Assembly (NCBI GenBank): GCA_053919585.1
Contig: CM132801.1
Source: Euprymna scolopes
Taxonomy: Eukaryota
Length of the DNA stretch: 64,000 nt
Strand: one strand, 5' to 3'
Below the pieces are notes generated by a model that saw nothing but the letters and a program-made list of their open reading frames with translations, did not search any database and was not told the DNA's origin. Positions 1 to 12,174 of the stretch are shown piece by piece. The position numbers and the translations under genes are program-made. Each line of letters starts with the position of its first letter. Position 1 is the first letter of the stretch.

Positions 1-198
1 GCCATCTTGAATGTTCCAATACATTGGTAAACACTGTATGGTTTTCGAGCTGAATAAACATGTTACATTGAATAAAAACACGAAAAATATATCCAGTTTG
101 GTAGAAAAGTAACTTATCTTGCCTTTGATAACATTTATTTGTTATATATTTGTTTTTTGACAACTTTTTCGAATCTATGTGTACAGTAATACAAATCC
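1..198. mobile_element. Right arm of foldback MITE family A (cut by the window start)
   Basis: Identical to 15535-15732. Confidence 0.7.
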
Positions 199-1675
199 AT
201 TTTTTCTAATGTGCGAATGTATTTTGATTGTCTTACCGAAGTTCAAATCTTAATTTCGGAGTTCAATTCTTGCATATCAAATATAATCGAAACAGACTTT
301 AAAAAATTACACCCCTTGTAAAATCGACAGAAAAACTTAGTTTTTGTCCAAATAAATCGATTACAATTTTTAACTCATCGTCGAAATTTCAAACATTCGC
401 TGCAAGTTTTTCTTGTGTTCACCTGAATCTAGACAGTTTTTCGAACCGCATAAACGTTTTAAAGTGAGTAAAGCCACAAAAACTTTATCAGATAGGTAGA
501 AGAGTAACTTGTCTTTAATAACATTTATTTGTTATTTGAAAATTTTTCGTACCACGTGTATTGTAAAACAAATCCCCATTCTTTTATTTCTTATTTTGAA
601 GTTTTTGTCGAGTCTTCAAAGAAATCGCGGCCATTTTTTCTTGTTCATCGGTAGCGTTCAATGTAGCTTGCTTTTCGAACAGAATAAACATTTTACAAAA
701 ACAATATTGAAATCTTATCCAGTTATAGAGAAAACGAACTTATCTTACATTTTCTAACATTTATTTGTTATATTTGTTTTCTGGCAACTTTTTTGTATCT
801 GTGGATCGTAAAACAAATCCAAATGGGGTTACAATACTTGACTTAAAAAAAAAAAATGTTTTTGATAGTTTGTTGCGGACGTCATGTTGCCTATACTTCT
901 GCATCATCCTATGTAATATTATATTACTAATATATACTTCATATATATATACATACGTACATGTGCTGTGTCATGCACACACAGGGGTCACAGAAAAATC
1001 ATTTTATTTTTATTTCAATAGAATTTATTCATTTTAGTAGAAAGAAACGATATGTTAGAACGTAATGTCGCCGTAATTAAACTCTCCAAAATTACGAAAA
1101 ATAATCGGTTAAAAAATAATTATCGATGAAAACAATTATTGAAAGAAAATTTACCTAATTGAGTTTTTAGTTATCTCCCGTCGATAAACCGGTTTAATTA
1201 CAAAACAATGACTTCACTAATTATAATACTTACTATATTAAACAAAGGGACATAACTCTTGGGTCGTGTATAATAAACCGTCAAATTTTCTTTTAACGAT
1301 CTTTAAAAATTGTCGGGTGCTTATTTATATTGAGATATATGCAAAATATTACAGTTCAAAATAGGAAAACGGTATACGAGGAAAACTTATCGGCAGGATT
1401 GCAGTTTACAGGGAAATCAAGGGACGCAACTCCTGCCAAACTAAAAAGGACGCAAACAGAATCACCGGGGGGCACCTGTTTCAATTTTTAAATTACGAAT
1501 TTTAACCGAACCTACTACACGTGGAATAATATAACAAGTTTTAAGATTTCTTTTGAATAGTTCATTTCTTTCTAATTCCTTTGTTTTTTATTCGTTTTAC
1601 TTCTAAATTATTTTCTTCTTTAATTTTTTGTTTTTACAATCTTTTATTCTTTACGTTTTTATTTTTTTTACCAAA

Positions 1676-2593
1676 ATGAGAACTACTATCGTTGACCACG
1701 TTATGTCTACGACTGAAGTGGAAGAGCAGAAGTGGACCTATGAGCATTTGTATAATTTGCTGCCACCAAATAACGAGGTACAGTTACAAACAGCGGCCTC
1801 ATTGGGACTCATACCGAATAGGAGTTTCTGCAGCTCGTGTGAGAGAGATCGAATTCTCTATAAAAACGGAGCCAAAGGGGATGGTTTTGCGTGGAAGTGT
1901 CCTGTCTGTAAGAAGGGTGGTTTGCCAAGGATGGGTTCCTTCTTACAGAGAAGTCATCTGACAATAAAGCAGATTTTAGTTATTTTGCTCAGTTGGAGCA
2001 TGGAGATGCCGCAGATTAAAATTAAACAGGAAGCAAGTGTAAGTAACCATACAATCGTAGATTGGATGTCATTCATAAGAGAAGTCTGTGAACAGGACAT
2101 GCTGGACCATCCCATCATGTTAGGTGGGAGAGACGAACATTCGACACCTAAAGAAGTGGAGGTGGATGAGTCATATTTTTTCCGACGAAAGTATAATAGG
2201 GGACGTGTGAGGAAGGGCGTTTGGCTTTTTGGCGCAGTGGAAAGAGGCTCGAATTTGTGCAATTTCGCAATAGTGGGAAATAGGGATCGAGATACCCTGT
2301 TTCCAATCATAAATTCATGGTGCCTGCCAGGAACAAGAATTATTTCTGACGGTTGGGCGGCTTACCAAGGACTTGATCGACTCGCTCAAGGAATTTATGA
2401 GCACGACACTGTCGTCCACGAAGACAACTTCGTTGATCCGTTGGACCCTTCAGTGCACACACAGACTATTGAAGGACTATGGTCACACGCCAAAAAACAT
2501 ATACGAAAGTTTGGGAATCGACAAAATATGTTCGGCTTGCATCTGATGGAATTTTTATGGCGAAAAAGAGAGAAGGGTGAATGTTTTCCATGA
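1676..2593 (+). CDS. Merlin (IS1595/ISXO2-like) DDE transposase, 305 aa from the first ATG
   Basis: Zn-ribbon CSSC..CPVC, HTH-like segment, catalytic motifs VEVDES / IISDGW / HTQTIEGLW, and YNRGR..W.FG.VER. The track's TTG start at 1628 was rejected in favour of ATG 1676. Confidence 0.92.
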   Translation: MRTTIVDHVMSTTEVEEQKWTYEHLYNLLPPNNEVQLQTAASLGLIPNRSFCSSCERDRILYKNGAKGDGFAWKCPVCKKGGLPRMGSFLQRSHLTIKQILVILLSWSMEMPQIKIKQEASVSNHTIVDWMSFIREVCEQDMLDHPIMLGGRDEHSTPKEVEVDESYFFRRKYNRGRVRKGVWLFGAVERGSNLCNFAIVGNRDRDTLFPIINSWCLPGTRIISDGWAAYQGLDRLAQGIYEHDTVVHEDNFVDPLDPSVHTQTIEGLWSHAKKHIRKFGNRQNMFGLHLMEFLWRKREKGECFP

Positions 2594-2620
2594 ATCATCA
2601 GATGCATCCGCGAACAGTAT

Positions 2621-2832
2621 TCGTTTTAAAAATTAACTGTTTAATAAAGTTCTATGTTCTTAAAATAATTCTATGTTCTTCAAATAATTCTTTCTTAAAA
2701 TAATTCATAACTGTTTTTCGTTTTAAAAATTAACTGTTTAATAAAATTCTATGTTCTTCAAATAATTCTATGTTATTAAAATAATTCTTTCTTAAAATAA
2801 TTTATAACTGTTTTATAAAGTTCTATGTTCTT
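2621..2832 (+). repeat. ~97-bp tandem repeat (about 2.2 copies, built of TTCTATGTTCTT.AAATAA subrepeats) in the Merlin 3' UTR
   Basis: TCGTTTTAAAAATTAACTGTTTAATAAA recurs at 2621 and 2718; AATAAA at 2643. Present in all four Merlin copies. Confidence 0.8.
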
Positions 2833-4204
2833 CCTTTGTTAAAAAAATAACTTATTCAAACAGTTCATTTAAATTAACAAGAAAAAGAAAAATTGAAACA
2901 GGTGCCCCCCGGTGATTCTGTTTGCGTCCTTTTTAGTTTGGCAGGAGTTGCGTCCCTTGATTTCCCTGTAAACTGCAATCCTGCCAACTTATCTGTTGAA
3001 AATGTTAGTTTACATTAAAAAAAAAAAAAAAAATGACGGAAAAGTTTCTAGACGAATTTTAGCAATAAAAATGTCCGTAAATTAGTTTTTCAACTGACAT
3101 ATTTCGCATCTTTCTCAATAAAGTACCGATTTTATTTGTAAAAGTATTTTCCAGAGTGAACAATTTCAAAATGTGCACAAATCTCAGATCCATATTGTCA
3201 CATTGACATTTACTGAGTGCTTCTCTACCAGTGTTTTGTTAAATGTTGAGGACTGATTTAAAAAAGGGCATTTATTTAACAGAAACGAAAAAATAGTAAG
3301 AAACAAAAAACAAAATGTTACCAAAGGCAAGATAAATTTTTTCCTTACCTGAATAGGATTTTGATGTTTTAACTTATTTTAAAGTATCTTTATTTAAAAC
3401 ATAAGTATTGCCTTGTTGATAAGTTGGAGCGAAAACAAGATGGCTGCATCTAATGGGTGGATTTCTATCACTACTGTTTAATTTTTTTTTTTTTCCAAAC
3501 ATTCATTTACCAAATAAACTCAGTGTTTATTAAAATAATATTGCTACTCAGAATTATTATGAGTTGGGCAGTTATAATAGAGAACGTTTGGTTTTGTAAG
3601 TGTTTATTAAAATGAAATCTGTAGAATTCACTTGTCACGTGAACCAAACTCCCATCAATATAACCACCTAAATATACTTTTAGTTAAAAATGAATTTACT
3701 TAATTGAATTCCCACCCCATTAAAAGACACCAACGATGATCAAAAAACATTAATCTATTAGATATAAAGAAATATATGCAATTTTATTATCATCATTCCT
3801 TTGTATTTTTTTTCAATTGCAGTCATTATCTTTGAGAACTGACAAAATTCCCCCACTTTGTTTTGAATATTTCACAGATAATTTAACTTAAATTCTTGCC
3901 TAAAAACAAAGTTATTTAAAATTATAGGATTTTTTTTCTTTTTGAGTGATATACCATATTTGCTCAAATATTGGAAGTTAGTACATGGGATTAATACTTT
4001 TGTTATAATTGTAAAATTATTTTTAAGTCTGAGGTTTTTAAACAGAATAGCTAATTATTCATGTCCGCAATGAAAACAAAATAAGCGAATTATACAGAAT
4101 AATGAAAAACGGATTTTAAAAAAAAAATCCATCAAATTAGACGTTATGAAAAGATAAACGCATAAAAGTTAGATTTGGAAAAATACTTTTCGGAAAATGT
4201 TGGT

Positions 4205-4220
4205 GGCCCTGAAAAGGGCC
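4205..4220 (-). promoter_or_regulatory. Histone 3' stem-loop (H4, U1)
   Basis: GGCCCTTTTCAGGGCC flanked by AAAC and ACCAA; canonical SLBP-binding hairpin. Confidence 0.96.
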
Positions 4221-4259
4221 GTTTGGTTTGGTTCGTTTTGTCTTGGGTCAAATAATGGT

Positions 4260-5290
<1,031 letters not shown>

Positions 5291-5317
5291 ATTTATTATC
5301 TCTCTTCATATTCAAAC

Positions 5318-5333
5318 GGCCCTTTTCAGGGCC
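5318..5333 (+). promoter_or_regulatory. Histone 3' stem-loop (H3, U1)
   Basis: GGCCCTTTTCAGGGCC. Confidence 0.96.
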
Positions 5334-5504
5334 ACAAATTTATTATGAAAGTTTTTTCTTACTGTTGTAATTTAATGCGATTTTTATGTTTTATAAGTTT
5401 TCTATATTCTGTCATTGACTTTTTTTCAATGTGATTTTCCTCTTTAGGTGCGTTTATAAGTGAAACGACATTTTTCGACATCAATTGTTTTTAGGCAATT
5501 TATA

Positions 5505-5878
5505 TCCGAAAAAGTTGTAAAAAAACAAAAAAACAAATAAATGTTATCAAAGGCAAATGGCGCCCAAGACAAAATAATATTAAAAATCCACCGAATAACA
5601 TATATTGAGCGAGTTTCTAACAGTATTTTGTCTGCTTTTATAATTTTAACTCCCTTTCCCAGACATACCGTATCAATGAGAAAGTCGGGTGCCATTTTAA
5701 TTTTCCAATACATCGGTAAACACTGTTTTTTTCGAGCTGAATTAACATATTACATTAAATAAAGACATCAAAAACATATCCAGTTAGGTAGAAAAGTAGC
5801 TTATCTTGCTTTGATAACATTTATTTGTTATATATTTGTTTTTTGACAACTTTTTCGAATCTGTGTACAGTAATACAC
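5505..5878. mobile_element. MITE family A, copy with deleted left arm (also ~21404-21777, ~37303-37676, ~55068-55441)
   Basis: Shares the central CCACC..ACATATATTGAGCGAGTTT core and the right arm ending TGTGTACAGTAATACA with the copies at 11346 and 15158. Confidence 0.7.
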
Positions 5879-6559
5879 ACCATTATTTATTATTAAATTT
5901 ATTGAATATTTCCTATGAGGTTTCACCGAGCATTAGATTGAATAGATTAGTAATAAACTGCAATTTAAAGTCATTATTATAAATACCTACAAAAAATGTT
6001 GATGTACAGTAAAACAAAACAACAGAACCATACCGTTAAAAGAATCTTATCAAAACTTTAAAAAGAACATATCACTCGAATGTCAGCTAGAGCATGAATT
6101 AATAACTCTCTAAATCCAAAGATAATCTGCATAAAATGACTCAAAGGGTTGATCTGCCGTACAATCCAACAAACGAACCTCATCATTTTTGTCCACTGAG
6201 ATTCATTCGCAAATATTCTCTATTTATATACGTTATTACTATGTTTACTAAATTCAAATTTTATGTTTCTGTTCATTAGAAAACTATTATACTAATAAGA
6301 AAGATAAAGTATTTTAAAAATATTTTAATATAAACTGTGTAAAAAGAGTTTTCAAGCAAGAAAATAAAAATATTCCAATTATAGAAGAAATTGTAAATAA
6401 ACTATTTAAAATATATTATCCCACCCAAAAAAAAGACATTTAAATAATAAAAAAAAAGTTTTATTTTATTATTTGTAATACAAACAAATATAAATTGCCA
6501 ATTATCGTTTTTACAGTAAATTATTTTATGGCGAGATATATATCGTTGGAAATGTGTTT

Positions 6560-6830
6560 CTAATGTTATTTAATTATTAAAATAAAATCAACTTTCAATC
6601 AATAAAAATATTTAGAGCGACTCGAACACTTGTACTGAAGTAACAAAAATGTTGGCTTGTTGTTACTTGATCTAATATACAGGATAATTACGAACAACTG
6701 AAATGTGGAGAATGATGACTTGAATATCACTTTACCTTAAATAAAAATAAATGAATCTTTACTTGCAATAAAAGTTCGATAACTCCAAAATTATTTAACT
6801 AAGTTATTTCCCTTATATTTCCCAGATTAT
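6560..6830 (+). repeat. Dispersed degenerate repeat family D, copy 1
   Basis: Shares ACTTGATC..ACAACTGAAATRTGGAGAATGATGA..ATAACTC..TTTAACTAAGTTATYTCCCTT with 10050-10345 and 10455-10700; present in every unit. Confidence 0.7.
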
Positions 6831-7234
6831 AAAACAGACAATATTATGACTATATTAGAGTTGTTGTGAAAAAAGAGTACGAAAGAATAATTTTGTGTGT
6901 ATATTAAAGTTTTCTTTTCCGTTGAAATAAAATCTTTTTCATTTATAATTTATGAATAAAGTTAGTTGAAAGCTCGACAAATAAACAGAAATAAACATAA
7001 ACGCATTAATTATAGACGAACTTATTGAATAAAAAGGATTTTAAAAAAATAATATTATCAAAGCTTCTTGCGCTAAAAAAAAATCTCTTCATTTTAGATT
7101 TCCGTATTCAATAAGAATTACATAAAAGATAAGTAAAAATAGATATTAGATAAAATACTACAGAATAACATGAATTATTTACAAATGTTATTTACTTTAC
7201 AGATTGATATAGAATTTGGGGATGTGTAAAAAAT

Positions 7235-8498
7235 GGTGCCCGAAAAACTCGTCCCGGGAAAACTTGTCTCCGGAAAGCCCGTGCCCGGAAAAATCCCCCC
7301 TTTTTGCTAGGTAAGAAAAATGATCCCTTATTGAATAAATATCGATTGAAAACACATTTTATTATCGTTATTGAAGGAGATATTGTTTCTAAAAGAGACT
7401 ATGCACCCCCATAATATTTTTAAAAATTATTTTTAACTCTTGTTTAAAAAAAAAATAAGATACGAAAAACGAAACCAAATATTTATTTTAAAAAATACTC
7501 TAGTTTTAACACTTTTTGTGTCATTAAGAAACAAAAATAAAGAAAGAAAACACGTATTATCAAAGTAAGCAATTATTTTATTTAGAAGAATTAATTCAGT
7601 TAAATAATTCTTGTGTTATTACAAAATAACAAAAAAAGAAAACACGGTCTTATTTTGGTACGGCGTTGAAATAATAACGTTACTATTTCGAAAGCAATTC
7701 TTAACATGGGGAGGAGGGGGTATCGTTTGAAAGTCATTTCGGGGTCACTTGTGCAGTACTTAAAAATATACATATTTATATTCTTTTGTGGGTGGGGGAG
7801 GCTCGTTTTAAAACTACATCTACCTCAGTATTTTCTTTAATTTTCAGACATTTTTTTGTTAAAAATTATTTACTAAGTAATGTCGAGTGAGTGCGACATT
7901 ACTTGTTATTTCTTTTTAACTAAATAAACTCTTTAAAATAAGTTTAAACACCAAAAACTTACAAAGCTAGGTAGAAAACGAAAACTAAAAAAAATCAATT
8001 AAATTTTTTTTAAAACAATAAACATGTAAAAATATTTTTAAAAATATTATGGGTTGTGCATTATTACCTAAAAATATACAAATTTCTTTTTTTTTTATTG
8101 GGGGGGTCTCGTTTTAACACCTTAATATTTTCTTTAATTTGCTATTTTTGAGCAATTATCCCCCTAAGACGTGATCCTCTTCTGTCGGGCATTATTGTTC
8201 ATAAGTAACACCCGACATTACTTTTTTTTTAAACTAAATAAACTCTTTAAAATAAGTTGAAAGACCAAAAACTTTCAAAGCTAGGTAGAAAACGAAAACT
8301 TAGAAAAATTGATTTAATTTTTTTAAAACAACAATAAACAAGTAAAAATATTTTAAAAAAATATTATGGGATGTGTATTCTCTTTTAAAGACAATATCTT
8401 CTTCAAGAACGGTTATAAAATGTGTTTTAAATCTATGTTTATTCAATAAGGGACCAGTTTTCCTACTTAGCAAAAGGGGGCGAGTTTTCCGAAATTCC
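7235..8498. mobile_element. Degenerate foldback/MITE family C (also 23136-24400, 39035-40298, 56805-58073)
   Basis: Imperfect ~150-bp inverted arms (7287-7435 vs 8345-8490), CCCGGAAAA subterminal repeats on the left, and an internal ~315-bp direct duplication. No clean TSD. Confidence 0.6.
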
Positions 8499-10049
8499 AA
8501 AAAAAAATGGTTGCTATGAAATGTATTTAATCAACAATTATGTTTTGATAAAATTGATATTTTTCTGGATAGTGCAAAAAATATTTTAGAATGAAAATCC
8601 AATAACATGCAGCAAATATGAGTTTATTAATATTTCTATGGAAATAGTGTCCATTATATTTAAAATAAAAAAGAACCCAAATGAGATAAATTAATAAGTA
8701 CCAATAAATGCTCTGAAAGTAATATTGTGCTACATAGTTCAATAATAATAATGTAAGAGACAAACTTTAATTTACTTTGTCCTGCTTCATTTGAATGCTC
8801 CTTTACTATGTAAAATTTCATTCACTTTTTTTTGTGGAGGGAGGAATGGGTTAAAAACCATTCACTTCGAAATTACTACGCGTTCTTTTCTCACACCATT
8901 ACAACAATAATCATATATTATTATAATAATATGTGAAAACGATGCTACATCAAACTGTGGCCAGTCATATATTCTTTTCCGAGTTGCCAGATGGTTTTTT
9001 TTATAAGCGAGAATTAATGAATTTGGCTTCTTTTTTTTTTTACATTTTAACCTCTAAAAGTTATTTGGCCTTTTCCATTAATTAAGAAAGGAACAAGCAG
9101 AATATTATATAAATAGGATTTTGAAGATTGAATCGTTTAGTCATTAAATCATTGGTTGAATAAAATCGTCATAAAACCATTATTTAAGCCATTAAGATTA
9201 ATGTAATGTTTTAATCTCTATAAAATATATAAATACTTGAAATCTTGTAATATTTGCGAATTTGTCAAGTATTTCAAAAGCCAAAAAACGACCTATTTAA
9301 CTGTTTAAATGCTTACAAGTCTTGTATTCCATCTTTGTCCATATTATTCCATTAGCTTTATTTACTTTGTATTTTAGATCAAGTGACAGCAATTAATTAT
9401 ATTATTTGTAGTTATTTATTATGCGTTAGCCAGTCGTGATAATAAAAAAGCGTTTTTTTTTTGTTTTGTTTTTTTTTCTCAAAAGAATATTTATGCGAAA
9501 TTAGTTTTTACCGGTACTTCAAAATGTAATCGTAACAATCTATTGTATAATTAATATTTCTGATGAAACTTTAGTAAAAAAAAAAAAAAAAAAAAAAAAA
9601 AGACGATGTTATAAGTGATAAAACACATAATTCCATACTTTTAATCTACCACTAACCCTAAGTTCGGGTTTTAATAGAAAAATAAAATCTGGAAAGGATG
9701 CGTGTGACGGGTTTGTTAAAGTGAATTTCGCTTAAAATATTTAAAAGTCATATATAACTATGGAATTAAAAAAAAAAAATACTAGCGGATAATTGTATAC
9801 AAGTTTTTACTTCAGTCGATGTATGCGCGAGTTTCATCATGCGACAATTACAGATTCATGAAGTCATTTGTGAACGGTGTGACATACGTTATAAGTATGA
9901 GATATTATTTAGTTAAGTTAGAATCAAACGGTGAAAAATAAATGTTATATTGAGATATAAACAGTTTGTAGTGAAGAGAGATGCGATTCGATCGAACGCC
10001 TAACAGTGATTGGTTTGAATAGCGACCATCTTTATTTCATTATTAAAAT

Positions 10050-10720
10050 ATTATTGAAATAATCAGCTTTCAGTTAATCATTTATTTCACAACTCAGGAC
10101 AGTGGGGAGACTTGTCACTTAAAATGGCGTAACAAAACTTGACTGCAAATTATAGGACGATATTGTGTTGTTTCCACTTGATCAAATATGCTGCATAAAT
10201 AATTCCAAACAACTGAAATATGGAGAATGATGATTTTAATGTCACACGATCTCAAGTAAAAAATGATTACAGATAATGTAACATGTAAAGTTCAAGTTCA
10301 ATAACTCTAAATTAATTTAACTAAGTTATCTCCCTTGTATTAAAATTAAATTTGAGACAGTAAAAGTTTAAAGAAGACTTCCCCTCGCTTGATCTCTTTT
10401 TCCAGAAATTCAAATCATTTTTATTAGAATAAATTATTTTATGACCAGTCGTTGAAAATGTTATTTAATTATTGAAATAAACAGCAATTTATTTCAGAGC
10501 TCTAGTCAGTGGGGAGATTTTGTACTCAAACTGAAGTAACAATAATTGACTGCAAATTATAGAATGATGTTTGCTTGTTGCCACTTGATCATAACATGCA
10601 AAATAATGACAACTAAAATGTGGAGAATGATGATTTTAATGTCACTTGATCTCAAGTAAAAATGATTACATGTGAAGTCCGATCTCCCTTGTATTAATTA
10701 TTCAAACTGAGACAGTAGTA
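10050..10720 (+). repeat. Repeat family D, copies 2 and 3 (diverged tandem pair)
   Basis: CAGTGGGGAGA, TTGACTGCAAATTATAG and GGAGAATGATGATTTTAATGTCAC each occur twice, about 400 bp apart. Confidence 0.75.
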
Positions 10721-11345
10721 GCCTAAAAAAACTTGCTGTCACATGATCTCTCATGAGAAATAAATAAAAAAAGAGTATTTTTTAACAATAACTACAGGTG
10801 TATGTATCAAAGTTTAAATAAAATTATTTGAAAATGTTAACTTTACAGATTGATACGTTCGTTTGACAGAATTCGGGGAAAAACATCAATAGATCAAATA
10901 AACACCGCATATATATCCTATTTCATGAAATAGGTTTGTATGTGTATGTATATTTACGTATTGAGGTGTGTGATTGACCTATTGGATACCATCGTGGCCT
11001 TTGAATCGTCAATATAGACATGCCCTGATCGTTTACTGACTAACACTTGGTAAAAGTATGAACCAGCAATATCGGTCATTTTTTTACTAAAGACAACAAA
11101 AGGAAAACGTTTTCAAAAAACTAGATTACAAATAAATGTTAACGTGAAATTTATTGGGTGGGTTTCTATCAGTATTTTGTTGAATTCACTACTGAGCAAT
11201 TATACAGACTTCAAAAGATATGACACTCTCGTTTCGGCCATTTTTCTTTTCTAGTTCTCCCGTAACATTGAACACTTTTTTTCCGAAATTTTTAATCGCT
11301 TCAAAATAAATTAAGCCACAATCAAAATAGGTAGAAGAATAACAA

Positions 11346-11906
11346 GGTTTTACTGTACACATAGATTCGATTAAAAAACAAATATATAACAAATAAATGT
11401 TATCAAAGGCAAGAAGTGGATAATTTTCTAGCGTGTTTATTTAATGTAACATGTTTATTCGGCTCGTAAAACATACAGTGGTTACCGATGTATTGGAAAA
11501 TTAAAAATGGCGCTTGATTCTCTTTGACACGGTAAGTTTAGGAAAAAGAGTTGAAAATAAAATAATATACAAAATACTGTTATAAACCCACCAAAAATAT
11601 GCCAGCCTATGTCACGTTAACACATATTGAGCGAGTTTCTAACCGTATTTTGTGTAGTTTTTTATTTTTAATTCCTTTTCCCAAACTTATCGTGTCAAAG
11701 AGAGAGAGAGTCGGGCGCCATTTGCAATTTTCTAATACATCGGTAAACACTATGTTTCTCGAGCTGAATAAACATGTTACATTAAATAAAAACATTAGAA
11801 AACTATCCACTTAGGTAGAAAAGTAACTTATCTCGCCTTTGATAACATTTATTTATGTATTTGTTTTTTGACAACTTTTTCGAATCTATGTGTACAGTAA
11901 TACAAG
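11346..11906. mobile_element. Foldback MITE family A, full copy (also 27248-27808, 43161-43719, 60942-61502)
   Basis: TTACTGTACACATAGATTCGA at the left and its reverse complement at the right; arms are imperfectly palindromic over ~250 bp; non-coding. Confidence 0.78.
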
Positions 11907-12174
11907 CTCTAATAACTTATCTTGCCTTTGATAATATTGATTTGATTTATCATTGTTTTTTTTTTTTTGTTTTTTTTTACCACGTTTCCGTTTTGTTATT
12001 TCTAGTGAAAAAAAAAAAAATAAAAATTGATTCCCGCTTCAAATATTTATAATATTGCTTAAAAACAGTGTGGTATTTATTTACGTAGTTTGTCTCAAAG
12101 AAAACTAAATTATTTGCAACGCTGTTATTTGTTCACGAACTTTTTTGCGATTAAACCACTTTAATCAATTGGTT

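Larger units (their letters stand above)
1392..2985 (+). mobile_element. Merlin/IS1595-like DNA transposon, 1594 bp (U1)
   Basis: Perfect 98-bp TIRs (1392-1489 and 2888-2985) with GG..CC termini; 8-bp TSD AACTTATC (1384-1391, 2986-2993); encodes a DDE transposase. Confidence 0.93.

Noticed and set aside
509-1037. Short AT-rich spacer ORFs (also 5444-5762, 8300-8763, 11189-12052, 13217-13435, 15147-15697)
   Set aside because: F/I/L/K-rich, often with non-ATG starts, overlapping MITEs and broken by indels between units. They recur only because of the tandem array.
1628-1675. TTG-initiated N-terminal extensions (Merlin, H3 4859, H2A 13952, Chapaev3 45928)
   Set aside because: Eukaryotic genes; the conserved proteins begin at downstream ATGs, and the Merlin extension is frameshifted in U3.
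2591-2593. Alternative genetic code to explain in-frame stops in both transposases
   Set aside because: The two stops are different codons (TGA, TAG), each occurs once near the end, and the long ORFs otherwise have none. Nonsense mutation is simpler.
1392-2985. Bacterial IS1595 or contamination; CRISPR-like reading of the short repeats
   Set aside because: Long TIRs, poly(A) signals and the metazoan histone context indicate eukaryotic Merlin; no repeat-spacer array exists.
8978-9290. Possible hAT-type MITE remnant (GAGTTGCCAGATGG..TTTGGC..GCCAAA) and a U7-like AATTTGTC
   Set aside because: No matching right TIR or TSD; no 3' hairpin or HDE complement for U7.
10840-10940. Exon-like stretch (TTTACAG..AG|GTTTGT) with palindrome CCTATTTCATGAAATAGG
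   Set aside because: Stops in all frames, no neighbouring exons, and an 18-bp palindrome alone is weak evidence.
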